A stretch of DNA of 64,000 nt. Source: a virus. Location of the stretch: the IMG/VR virus record IMGVR_UViG_3300042197_000370; one strand, 5' to 3'. Positions 45,743 through 54,644 of the stretch are shown here, one piece after another. The notes under the pieces were generated by a model. That model made no database searches. It saw only the letters and a list, made by a program, of their open reading frames with translations, and was not told the DNA's origin. Position numbers and translations under genes: made by a program. Positions within the stretch are counted from its first letter, which is position 1. Each line of letters begins with the position of its first letter.

Positions 45743-46593
45743 TGAGAGCAACTGAATTTCTTAAGGAGTCTGAAGTTGATGAAATGGCGTTAGCCAAATA
45801 TCAACCAATGGGTGACTTTACTAAGCCAGGACCATTTAGGGGAGTAGATAAGAAATTAGTGCCTCATCCTAAAAATCAGTTGAAGGCAGAAAAGTTCTTT
45901 GAAAAAACTCCATATGATTTTAGATTATTCTTTAGCAATATATCAGGTACAGGTCGCTATAGTGAATATGGTCCTATGGATCCAAAGAACGTAGAAATAA
46001 TATTTGGTGATGCCGCTAAAGATATTATAGATGGACATGATGATGCTATTACTGTAGTATTCGTAGGTAATAAAGGTGATAGCAAAGTTATGTTAACACC
46101 ATGGATGATGGCGCATCGTTTTGGACATGCTATACAAGCAGGAGTGCGCGGTAAGAATCAATGGAGTGCTTGGACAGAAGCCGAAAATCATTTTTTCAAT
46201 GCAGTTAACAATCTATTAAATGAATATTACGGTAAGATCGGTAAGCCAGGTGGTAATTTAAAATGGGAACTTACCCCTGAATACAACGCATTATTCAATG
46301 CTATTGGAACACAGCGTAGTAGCCGTAGTAATGAAATTAGAAGACCTTACGAATTTTTGTATGAACTATTTGCACAGTATTTAGGTACTGGTAATGTCAC
46401 ACTTAAGCCTTTCCCAACTAACTTAAGTTATGGTCGTAAAGTATGGGGAAATCCCACACGTTATATGAATATCAAGCCCGAGTTCCGTGACGAAAACGAA
46501 CGAAAGAATGCTGCCGAAACACTAGCACGTGATATGGAAATGATGTTTGATGACGTACTAAGCAGTAGCGTCGGCAAGATATTCGTTATGTAA
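45742..46593 (+). CDS. Hypothetical protein with leader and zincin-like HRxxH motif
   Basis: MRATEFLKESEVDE; AHRFGHA...YELFAQY. Confidence 0.7.
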   Translation: MRATEFLKESEVDEMALAKYQPMGDFTKPGPFRGVDKKLVPHPKNQLKAEKFFEKTPYDFRLFFSNISGTGRYSEYGPMDPKNVEIIFGDAAKDIIDGHDDAITVVFVGNKGDSKVMLTPWMMAHRFGHAIQAGVRGKNQWSAWTEAENHFFNAVNNLLNEYYGKIGKPGGNLKWELTPEYNALFNAIGTQRSSRSNEIRRPYEFLYELFAQYLGTGNVTLKPFPTNLSYGRKVWGNPTRYMNIKPEFRDENERKNAAETLARDMEMMFDDVLSSSVGKIFVM

Positions 46594-47419
46594 CTTTTAA
46601 TAGTTCTTCAAACGAATACAAATTCTTCATATAGGGCGACACATCTTCTAGTACACTACTAGGCAAATCACCTTCTCGTCTAGGTCCATATGTAATATCA
46701 AACTCAACGTCATTGACCCTACGAAATAAATCTACAATTTCTTTAACACTATAACCTACACCATGTCCTAAGCATTCAACACTATTGCTAGGTTTATCAA
46801 TGGCAGTTACTAATGCTTCACAAATTTCTAATACATGTACATAGTCACGAACACATGTACCATCAACGCTTGCGTCATAGTCATTTCCGTGTATTGTAAA
46901 TGTACCGGTCTGACTAGCCTTCATTAAATTATACATTAATCCATCTGGATTAGTAGGTGGAACTACAGTACTACCAATTACATTATAAAATCTAAAAATT
47001 GTGTAATCTTTTGGATTTACCCCTGTGCAATACTCACGTACAACATCTTCTGCGGCACGTTTACTAATACCATAAGCACTAGCGCATCCTTCTGCGGCAC
47101 CAGTACTTGCAAAAATAAAGTTTTTAGTTTTTACCTTATTGATGACATTCATAGTACCATTAATATTGGTTATGTAATACATGATGGGAGTACGTTGACT
47201 CTCACCTACATTTACCTTAGCAGCCAAATGTATAACAGCATCAAACTCTTCTGCTATTTCAAACTGACGATTTATGTCTACGTTATAGAATCTATGCGCA
47301 GGAACTTGAGGTGGATTTATATCTAGACAATGTACTTCGTAATTCAGTTTATCCATTAACATTTTAACTAAATGCGAACCAATATATCCTGAACTACCGG
47401 TAACTAATATTTTTTTCAT
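46586..47419 (-). CDS. NAD-dependent epimerase (GalE-like extended SDR)
   Basis: GSSGYIG, YGISK (YxxxK), RFYNV, RDYVHV. Confidence 0.92.
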   Translation of the reverse strand: MKKILVTGSSGYIGSHLVKMLMDKLNYEVHCLDINPPQVPAHRFYNVDINRQFEIAEEFDAVIHLAAKVNVGESQRTPIMYYITNINGTMNVINKVKTKNFIFASTGAAEGCASAYGISKRAAEDVVREYCTGVNPKDYTIFRFYNVIGSTVVPPTNPDGLMYNLMKASQTGTFTIHGNDYDASVDGTCVRDYVHVLEICEALVTAIDKPSNSVECLGHGVGYSVKEIVDLFRRVNDVEFDITYGPRREGDLPSSVLEDVSPYMKNLYSFEELLKVT

Positions 47420-48141
47420 ATTTTCCTCACATCATCTTTTTTATATATATTATCCATAATTGTATCCTTCACATCCCATTCTAATTCTGTTAAATCTATG
47501 GCAGTATCTAATGTTTTATTTTTTATTAAGTCGCATATGATATTTGCTAAACGTTTATTGTTTAGTGAGTTAAGATGGCAGTCTCGCAAATCTCCGCCGC
47601 GATCTGTATTAACATTGCCGGTACGTTGATATTTTCCCTTATAAAAAATATGCTCTGCTATAGATACTTGATTTAATTTTAACAATACTGGATAACTTAC
47701 CTTAGGCATATCATAGTCTAATGGGAAACTAAAAATATTTACAAGGTACTTATTATTTTCTTGACAAATTCTATTCACATCTTTAACGATGTTGACACTT
47801 ATATAATTCAATAACTCCTCAGACATTATATCTTTTCTGATTTTATTATAAGGTTCCATTAGCGAATTACCTGTGAATCCTATTTCCCAAGCATAGTGTT
47901 CTAGTCCAAGTGGTGTTACTGGCCAACGCATACTGTTAGTATGACAAAACACAATACAATCGTATTTTTTATAACGTTTGATAAATTGTTCATATGAATA
48001 CCAATGTGATGTACCGCCCCTAGCCCACTGACCTGCTTTACCGTCGCCCATCATTTCATTTAATAATATAGGCCATGGCTTGTTCTCAGTGTAAACACCG
48101 TAATAGGCTGCAAAACTATCACCAAATATACCTATACGCAT
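47416..48141 (-). CDS. SGNH-hydrolase-like protein
   Basis: FGDSF, ARGGTS, RDCHLN. Confidence 0.65.
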   Translation of the reverse strand: MRIGIFGDSFAAYYGVYTENKPWPILLNEMMGDGKAGQWARGGTSHWYSYEQFIKRYKKYDCIVFCHTNSMRWPVTPLGLEHYAWEIGFTGNSLMEPYNKIRKDIMSEELLNYISVNIVKDVNRICQENNKYLVNIFSFPLDYDMPKVSYPVLLKLNQVSIAEHIFYKGKYQRTGNVNTDRGGDLRDCHLNSLNNKRLANIICDLIKNKTLDTAIDLTELEWDVKDTIMDNIYKKDDVRKI

Positions 48142-49479
48142 TTATAGACCTTGAAATAAGCCGTCTGCCTCTGCCGTTTCTTCTGGCTCAAATGATGGAT
48201 CTCTAGTCAACCAAGTATCATCATCAGTATAGATTACACGAAATTTATGTTTGTTGGTTAATACACTGCGAATATCATCTATGCATACGATTTTTCTATT
48301 TAAACTCTGTACATAATCTAGGTATCTCACCGTGCCAAAGTTACAAATTTGTGCAGTATTACTATTGCTTTGTTTGCCTACAAACTTATTAAAGCATTCA
48401 TTCCATTTGTGAAACACTTGGTCTTCTATGGCACGATATTTTTCTAATATTCCATTAGCATACCATGTTTTAGCATCGGGCACATTATTATATAGTTCTG
48501 TTACTTTAGAAGCCATATTCTTTTTATTAACTGTAAAGAAATGATGACTATCAAAATTATTAGTCCAACGTTGATTTTCTAATACTACTGTTGGTAATTG
48601 TATATGCTGTTCATAGAAAGCCATGCCATAACTTTCTACAATGCTAGGATTGAATGCTACTCTTGCGCTTGTGATGAAATCTACTTTCTCTTGTCCTACG
48701 ATGCTAGCACGAACATCGTATGTCGCACCAATCTTCTTTAATCGTTCTTCAAACTTCTTTACACCGTTAGGGCTAGTCATCACTTTAGCAGGAAGTTTTG
48801 TCTGTTCGATCAAATCGATGAATAGTTCAGGATTCTTACCTTCTTCCCAGCGACCAACAAACAACACGCCCTCACGTGGTTTGTGATGCTCTTCCAGTAA
48901 TACACGCTCTGTGATAGGAATAGGAAGATGCCATGCCCCGTTACTCATAGATATTTGATTGAACTTGCTTTGTGTTCCAATCCATAATGCGTTGCATTCA
49001 AGTTGTTTACGCATCATATCATTAGTAGAGTATAAGAATGGATTCTTAGTATCCTTAAATATCTGACTTTCTAAATGTGTATAGGCAATAATTTGAACAA
49101 CATCTTCAAGACCCATGGTACTAGCAACCTGCACACTCTCGTAGGTATTACAGATAAGTGCGTCATAAATGTTATGCTCCATTGCTTCAACAATAGCATT
49201 ACGGAAGTTAGCCATACGTTCATAGCAAAATGTATCACCATACATAAAGATATTGCTATGTAGTGTGTATGGCAATGATTCTAATGGTGCGATGATGTTA
49301 GCCTTCAACGACTTGACAAACTCATTATCTTTAGGTTCTTTGTCACAAATAATATCAACTTTGATATTATGTTCATCCATAAGTTCGCAAAAACTTTTTG
49401 CAAACTGTCCTATGCCACCGTGCGGGATTAATGTTTGGTAACTAACAATAAATCCTATACGTTTGTCATACGTTCTCAC
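48142..49479 (-). CDS. GT-B glycosyltransferase (GT4-like)
   Basis: HGGIG, FVGRWEEGKNP, ESYGMAFYE (Ex7E). Confidence 0.85.
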   Translation of the reverse strand: MRTYDKRIGFIVSYQTLIPHGGIGQFAKSFCELMDEHNIKVDIICDKEPKDNEFVKSLKANIIAPLESLPYTLHSNIFMYGDTFCYERMANFRNAIVEAMEHNIYDALICNTYESVQVASTMGLEDVVQIIAYTHLESQIFKDTKNPFLYSTNDMMRKQLECNALWIGTQSKFNQISMSNGAWHLPIPITERVLLEEHHKPREGVLFVGRWEEGKNPELFIDLIEQTKLPAKVMTSPNGVKKFEERLKKIGATYDVRASIVGQEKVDFITSARVAFNPSIVESYGMAFYEQHIQLPTVVLENQRWTNNFDSHHFFTVNKKNMASKVTELYNNVPDAKTWYANGILEKYRAIEDQVFHKWNECFNKFVGKQSNSNTAQICNFGTVRYLDYVQSLNRKIVCIDDIRSVLTNKHKFRVIYTDDDTWLTRDPSFEPEETAEADGLFQGL

Positions 49480-49691
49480 ACTACATCCTTTATTCTATTT
49501 ACCAAAAATTCATCACGATCATACCATCTAGATTCAAAGACTGCATCACCGGGCCCAGTCCACATTGCAGTTTGTTTGAATGCATGTTCAAACCAAATTA
49601 CTTTACCAGACAGATAACAACGTTTAGGCCACAATACAAATTTGTATTCTGTTCCTATGCAATTTCTTTTGAAACTGTCATCATATATCAT
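49476..49691 (-). CDS. Small conserved phage protein
   Basis: FVLWPKRC...IW...W. Confidence 0.7.
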   Translation of the reverse strand: MIYDDSFKRNCIGTEYKFVLWPKRCYLSGKVIWFEHAFKQTAMWTGPGDAVFESRWYDRDEFLVNRIKDVV

Positions 49692-49873
49692 TACCAACTC
49701 TCTATATCAGTAATGTCTACCTTAATAAAACTAGGATTATATTCTAAAATAACATTTGGACCAATCCCACTTTTACTATCATAATGAAGTTTAACATAGT
49801 CAATTGTGTCATACATTTCAAATGCTTCTTTAATTTTCTCGTATTGATTTCTTGTTATAACTATCGTTGTCAT
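49691..49873 (-). CDS. Small conserved phage protein
   Basis: SGIG...DITDIESW. Confidence 0.7.
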   Translation of the reverse strand: MTTIVITRNQYEKIKEAFEMYDTIDYVKLHYDSKSGIGPNVILEYNPSFIKVDITDIESW

Positions 49874-50736
49874 TATGTGCCCCATTCATTTTTAAATAGT
49901 GGTACTTGAAGTCTATCACTATATCGCCAGCCACGTTGCATTGCGGCAAGTGCTACATTCTTTGCGTTTAGATTATAAACACTATCAACGCCACCAACAG
50001 GCATAATATAAGTATAGCCCCTAAACCCCGCTCTTCTAAACTCTTCTTCGGCTCTTTCTGCATCACGTATATCCTCTTCAGTTGCTACTACAAATTTTAA
50101 ATAGGCAGCACCATATTCTTCGTATTCACGTACAATCTGGGGATGTATAGCATCCTTCCAATCTTCTCCGCTTGCAGGGAGTTTAGCACTAACACTAAAT
50201 GTAATACTGCGAAAAAAATCTTGTGTATGATATCTCATCCACTTTTCTAAGTATCTCGCAAATTCTTTAGTAAGTTTTTGAGTACCATTAGTTTCAAATG
50301 TTATATGCTTTAAATCCTGCATCTTAGGATGCTCTAGTAACGCAGGATAACTTTTTTGCCATCCTAATAATGGCTCACCACCTGTAATGACTAAGTGTTC
50401 GTCCCGCCACTCTTTGTGTGGTAAGAGGTTGACGATTGCCTCTGCAATGCTTTCCGTTGTAAGTACCGGTGAAAGGTGCTTGAACCTAGGATCCCAACTA
50501 GCGTAAGAATCACAACCGGTACTAACAAGTGGAAGATCCCTATACTCTTTAAACCCTCTAGCATTGCTTGCAATAACGTTTCGCTCATTACTCTTTTCTC
50601 CTCGCTTCATTCCAAATCCGTCGCAAGTAAAATTGCAACCAAACGTTCTCAAAAAGACAGAGGGCACACCCATAAATCTGCCCTCTCCCTGTATACTATA
50701 AAATAATTCACTTACTTTTATATGTTCACCTAACAT
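49873..50736 (-). CDS. queE: 7-carboxy-7-deazaguanine synthase (radical SAM)
   Basis: SELFYSIQGEG...FLRTFGCNFTC...CDS, ITGGEP, ETNG, RLQVPL. Confidence 0.92.
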   Translation of the reverse strand: MLGEHIKVSELFYSIQGEGRFMGVPSVFLRTFGCNFTCDGFGMKRGEKSNERNVIASNARGFKEYRDLPLVSTGCDSYASWDPRFKHLSPVLTTESIAEAIVNLLPHKEWRDEHLVITGGEPLLGWQKSYPALLEHPKMQDLKHITFETNGTQKLTKEFARYLEKWMRYHTQDFFRSITFSVSAKLPASGEDWKDAIHPQIVREYEEYGAAYLKFVVATEEDIRDAERAEEEFRRAGFRGYTYIMPVGGVDSVYNLNAKNVALAAMQRGWRYSDRLQVPLFKNEWGT

Positions 50737-50745
50737 AATATCCCT

Positions 50746-50937
50746 TTACCAATGATGTACTACATTTGCAATAATAAAACAACATGTTATCACATGTAGG
50801 AAAATCCAGAAAGTTTTTAGGAACAATGCGATTTTGGCTTCGTTGACTGTGAGAATAGGCACTCTAGGCCTATCCTCGTCTGTCTGTCCCATTAAGTGCC
50901 CGGTGGCCCGAGCCCAAATTTTTTCTAAACTGTTCAT
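50746..50937 (-). CDS. Small membrane protein
   Basis: IWARATGHLMG...TM. Confidence 0.7.
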   Translation of the reverse strand: MNSLEKIWARATGHLMGQTDEDRPRVPILTVNEAKIALFLKTFWIFLHVITCCFIIANVVHHW

Positions 50938-51461
50938 GCTTCGTATGTTGCAGAATTAGCATTATGCTCAAATACTTCTACAGAACGTAATTTTACACCT
51001 TGACCAGTTGGATACCTTGCTTCAAATACACGACCATCAGGGTGAGTCCAACTACGACCCTCTTTATATGCTTCAAGTATTTCGTTCATAGTCTTGTAGG
51101 CTAATTCAGCAAACTTTTCGCATCCCACTGCCTTTACTATGCGTAGGTCAATAAGCCCCATATTCTTGAAACCACCCTGCACACGATTTAGTTCTACAAA
51201 CGTTTGACGTTCAGGATCATCTTCAGCAATAATGGTAGTATGATCAAACATCCATTCACTCCATTCTTTAAATGCTTTGAGTCCACCGAAGTCCATGACC
51301 CAATTGCGGTCATCAAGTGTTTCACTTTCAAACACTAATTTGATTCCAATACTATAGCCATGTAGTAACGAACAATGGCTATGGATACTTTTCCACTGTC
51401 TAAAAACACATGAAAGTCCACGGTCGTTGCCGTAAGTTTTTGTTGATAAATATTTTGCCAT
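50934..51461 (-). CDS. queD: 6-carboxy-5,6,7,8-tetrahydropterin synthase
   Basis: HCSLLHGY, VMDFG, FDH, GCEKFA, VFEH. Confidence 0.93.
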   Translation of the reverse strand: MAKYLSTKTYGNDRGLSCVFRQWKSIHSHCSLLHGYSIGIKLVFESETLDDRNWVMDFGGLKAFKEWSEWMFDHTTIIAEDDPERQTFVELNRVQGGFKNMGLIDLRIVKAVGCEKFAELAYKTMNEILEAYKEGRSWTHPDGRVFEARYPTGQGVKLRSVEVFEHNANSATYEA

Positions 51462-51535
51462 CTCTAGTCTCCTTTACTAATGAGCAAGTTTGATGGCGGC
51501 AGAGTTTATTAATCGGGGTGACGCCAAGACCGATA
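51462..51535 (-). ncRNA. Candidate preQ1-I-like riboswitch (H-type pseudoknot) with SD-sequestering hairpin
   Basis: P1 AUCGG/CCGAU; loop UCUUGGCGUCACC; A-rich L3 UAAUAAAC; P2 UGGCG/CGCCA; CUUGCU/AGGAG hairpin; lies directly upstream of queD. Confidence 0.6.
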
Positions 51536-52222
51536 TCATTTTTCTAAAATAAATCTAATTGTTCCGTTGATATGACCTTGAATAGGAAATTCATATCCTA
51601 GTCTATCAAATGGGCAATCAAATAAAACTAACTTATAAGGTAATTTTACAATCATTTCTTTTGTAAGGTCAACTAAATTTCTTGCAGGTGGTGCTTTTGC
51701 AAGTTTAGACGTTATGTAATGAGATTCTATCATACCCGTACTTAACGTAAATAAAAATCTACCACCCGGCTTAATTATTCGCATAGCCTGAACAATATTA
51801 TTTTCCACTTCGGTTAACTTACCGAAGTGCAAACTGTTTATAGCCATGCCACAATCATACTCTTCTATATGAGCATCTGCAAACTTTTCGGAGAAATCCA
51901 TATGTAAATCTGCATGCTCACCTGATGCATATCCACCCGGTTCAAGTGATGTTATATTAGGAAACCAGCGTTTCCAAAAACATTCTCCCGCACCTACATC
52001 AATAACACTTTTAGGGTTGTTATCGTATAGCCAACTAATGTAATAGAATATCTCTTTAAAGCCTATTTTATATTCATAGTGCCCTCGAGGAGATACTTTA
52101 TTTTGTACAACTTCATCTTTGACGAATAACTCGTAATGTTCTTCAAGTTCCTTTTCTAGGTTAGGGAAATTTCTAATTTCATGATTACGATTATACTCGT
52201 TTATATTAATATTTTCTATCAT
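51536..52222 (-). CDS. Class I SAM-dependent methyltransferase
   Basis: VIDVGAG, NSLHF, IKPGGRF. Confidence 0.8.
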   Translation of the reverse strand: MIENININEYNRNHEIRNFPNLEKELEEHYELFVKDEVVQNKVSPRGHYEYKIGFKEIFYYISWLYDNNPKSVIDVGAGECFWKRWFPNITSLEPGGYASGEHADLHMDFSEKFADAHIEEYDCGMAINSLHFGKLTEVENNIVQAMRIIKPGGRFLFTLSTGMIESHYITSKLAKAPPARNLVDLTKEMIVKLPYKLVLFDCPFDRLGYEFPIQGHINGTIRFILEK

Positions 52223-52410
52223 ACTAAATCCATAAACATTTTCTTTCTACCTTCAACACCTAATTGAGTATCAAAGATTTCACGAACACGTTGTAACATA
52301 GCACAAGCCAACATCAACTCGTCTTGCCTGTCATTACACATAAAAAGTTGTTGATTAATGGGAGCCATCATTTCACTCATGCGATTTTCGATTTCTTCAC
52401 TGTTTATCAT
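52219..52410 (-). CDS. Hypothetical protein
   Basis: ORF track. Confidence 0.7.
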   Translation of the reverse strand: MINSEEIENRMSEMMAPINQQLFMCNDRQDELMLACAMLQRVREIFDTQLGVEGRKKMFMDLV

Positions 52411-52417
52411 AATATCC

Positions 52418-52891
52418 TCATTGATTTAACTTATTGATAATTTGTGCTTCTGCTACACGCTTTCGCAAACTACTAGAACTAAAACTATGATCACGGCCAT
52501 TGAATACTATCTCAATACCACGATCAATACATTCTTCACGCCCCGTAAAGTCTTTCTCTGCATATTCTACACCTAGTATACGCACATCTACAGGTAGAAT
52601 TAATAGTAAGTCAATCAAGTCTTGTTCAGTTTGATAAACAACAACCTCATCTACAAAACGACATGCGCTAAGTTGAATTTGACGTTCAACGATACTTTGT
52701 ACAGGATGATTCTTTGTATCGGGTCTATCGATAGTAGGATCAGTTTGTAATCCTGCAATCAAATAATCACAATGGTTCTTTGCTTCACTAAGCATAGCAA
52801 TGTGACCTGCATGCAACAAATCAAAGGTACTAAAGGTAATACCAATTTTAAGACCTTGAGCCTTTAATTCTTTAATCTTATTGAATATCAT
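52418..52891 (-). CDS. Cytidylyltransferase (TagD/glycerol-3-phosphate CTase-like)
   Basis: TFDLLHAGH (HxGH), ER...L...VDEV, FSSSSLR. Confidence 0.9.
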   Translation of the reverse strand: MIFNKIKELKAQGLKIGITFSTFDLLHAGHIAMLSEAKNHCDYLIAGLQTDPTIDRPDTKNHPVQSIVERQIQLSACRFVDEVVVYQTEQDLIDLLLILPVDVRILGVEYAEKDFTGREECIDRGIEIVFNGRDHSFSSSSLRKRVAEAQIINKLNQ

Positions 52892-53124
52892 CTTTGTAAT
52901 GTTTTCCACATGACAGTTTGTTCATGTTCTTTTAAGAACTCCTCTTCTCCTGAAAAGGACCCACTATCTTTAAGAATAGCATCAACAAGCCATTTAATCT
53001 TATACAAGTCTTGTTTGATAGCCCATTGAGTATATCCGTCATTATAAGGACTGTGTAATTCTACACCTGCCATATAGACTTGATGATGAACACTATTATA
53101 ATCCATTGGTTTACGAAATCCCAT
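52888..53124 (-). CDS. Conserved phage hypothetical protein
   Basis: SPYNDGYTQW..KQDLY. Confidence 0.75.
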   Translation of the reverse strand: MGFRKPMDYNSVHHQVYMAGVELHSPYNDGYTQWAIKQDLYKIKWLVDAILKDSGSFSGEEEFLKEHEQTVMWKTLQR

Positions 53125-53291
53125 TATACTAATTCCTCTACAATACCTAATACTTCTGCTAGAATAAACAGTGCACCGGCTGGTACTAGCAATCCGTAGA
53201 TTAGCGTAATACCTGCCCCGATTCTAAATCCGCTCTTGACAAGGCTAACATAAAAATGTCCCTTGCTTGTATCTTTAGGTTGAACTTCCAT
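53124..53291 (-). CDS. Small membrane protein (55 aa)
   Basis: Hand translation MEVQPKDTSKGHFYVSLVKSGFRIGAG...LAEVLGIVEELV; TAATG coupling. Confidence 0.75.
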   Translation of the reverse strand: MEVQPKDTSKGHFYVSLVKSGFRIGAGITLIYGLLVPAGALFILAEVLGIVEELV

Positions 53292-53452
53292 TACTTACTC
53301 CATTTATCGTCCATATAACCACATGTGCAAGTACCTACCATATTACAATCATTGTTGCACTTTGAATGTCTAGGGGTAAACCTAATCAGTAGGTACAGTA
53401 TTATGCCGATGAGAATCAACGCCATAATTTTAAAAAACAACACGACGGTCAT
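53291..53452 (-). CDS. Small TM protein with Cys-rich tail (53 aa)
   Basis: Hand translation ...LILIGIILYLLIRF...CNNDCNMVGTCTCG. Confidence 0.7.
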   Translation of the reverse strand: MTVVLFFKIMALILIGIILYLLIRFTPRHSKCNNDCNMVGTCTCGYMDDKWSK

Positions 53453-54129
53453 TTACAAGCCTGTCTTGCTATCTGATAGAATTCGTTGCGTACAGCAGGA
53501 TCATTTTTGAATCCACCACCTAGACGGCTAGTGACTGTGCTACTTCCAGTATCTTCAACACCACGTGACTTCACGCAATAATGCTGTGCATCGATCATTA
53601 CGGCAACGTCTTCTGTACCGAGAATGAACTGCAATGTGTGGAAGATTTGTTCTGTGAGTCTTTCTTGGATTTGTGGTCGCTTGCTGAAGTATTCAACGAT
53701 ACGATTGATCTTGCTGAGTCCAAGCACTCTATCCTTAGGTACATATGCAACAGTAGCGGTACCATCAATGATAACAAAGTGATGCTCACAATTACTTTGA
53801 ACATTGACATTCCTTTCAACGACCATCTCGTTATAACTCATCTTGTTATCTACAGTAGTGCATTTTGGGAATGCATCATAATCTAGACCCCAAAAGATTT
53901 CATTAACATACATCTTAGCAACACGTTTAGGTGTTTCGATAAGACTATCATCAGTTAAGTCTAGTCCTAAGGCTCTCATGATCTCAGCAAAGTTACCTTC
54001 GATGATATCAATCTGTTCCTTACGGTCTAGATTACGTTTTTTGATTGGGGTTTCAACACCTACTTTAACTAAGTGTTCGTGAACTTGGCGTCCCAATTCG
54101 GGATCGGTTTTAGTTTTGTTATATGACAT
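53449..54129 (-). CDS. folE: GTP cyclohydrolase I
   Basis: ETPKRVAKMY, SNCEHH, GLSKINR, QIQERLT, HYCVKSRG. Confidence 0.97.
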   Translation of the reverse strand: MSYNKTKTDPELGRQVHEHLVKVGVETPIKKRNLDRKEQIDIIEGNFAEIMRALGLDLTDDSLIETPKRVAKMYVNEIFWGLDYDAFPKCTTVDNKMSYNEMVVERNVNVQSNCEHHFVIIDGTATVAYVPKDRVLGLSKINRIVEYFSKRPQIQERLTEQIFHTLQFILGTEDVAVMIDAQHYCVKSRGVEDTGSSTVTSRLGGGFKNDPAVRNEFYQIARQACK

Positions 54130-54156
54130 ATGAATCCTTCCTTACGCGGATATGAG

Positions 54157-54196
54157 TTTTGAAAATGTGCTACCGTTGTGTAGCACATGTATTTAT
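54157..54196 (-). terminator. Hairpin ATGTGCTAC/GTAGCACAT plus TTTTCAAAA, overlapped by late promoter ATAAATA (54190-54196)
   Basis: 9-bp stem; same 12-nt flank as the clpS element. Confidence 0.7.
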
Positions 54197-54381
54197 GCCT
54201 TTGCTTCCTTACGTGCATTTTTTGTTTCAGTGATTTCGTTACGGCGAGCCTTAACTGCCTTGGCTAATTCACCCAATGCCTTACGGGCACGTGTCCCGGC
54301 TGCATTGTTACCCTTTTCAAACTTTTCATGTTCTACTAAGTATGCTTCCAAATGTGTGTTAATATCATTATGTGCGCTCAT
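54193..54381 (-). CDS. Hc1-like (histone H1-like) nucleoid protein
   Basis: EKGNNAAGTRARKALGEL. Confidence 0.7.
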   Translation of the reverse strand: MSAHNDINTHLEAYLVEHEKFEKGNNAAGTRARKALGELAKAVKARRNEITETKNARKEAKA

Positions 54382-54644
54382 GTTTTCTCCTTTGATTTAC
54401 GCTTAGTTTTTGGCTTTTCGGCCTTTTCAATAACTGCACCTTCATAACCTGGATGATACGGTGCCTCATCGACCAGTTTCTTTTGATCATATTCACGTAA
54501 TGCTTGACTAACATCACGTTTCAATGCTTCCCAATCTGTGTAAAACTCTACACTGCCATCTTCATATTCTTTTCGTGTGCTATGGCTACCTATTGTTACT
54601 TTGGGCCATTCATTTACGGGTTGTTTATTTCGCTTTGTTGCCAT
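54378..54644 (-). CDS. Hypothetical protein
   Basis: ORF track. Confidence 0.65.
   Translation of the reverse strand: MATKRNKQPVNEWPKVTIGSHSTRKEYEDGSVEFYTDWEALKRDVSQALREYDQKKLVDEAPYHPGYEGAVIEKAEKPKTKRKSKEKT

Noticed and set aside
50480-50640. Intein or intron in queE (long gap between the second and third Cys)
   Set aside because: The insert is only about 30 aa, in frame, with no splicing motifs. It is treated as a loop insertion.
53326-53336. 10-mer GTGCAAGTAC shared with the 60564 inverted repeat
   Set aside because: A single 10-nt match in different reading contexts is compatible with chance in 64 kb.
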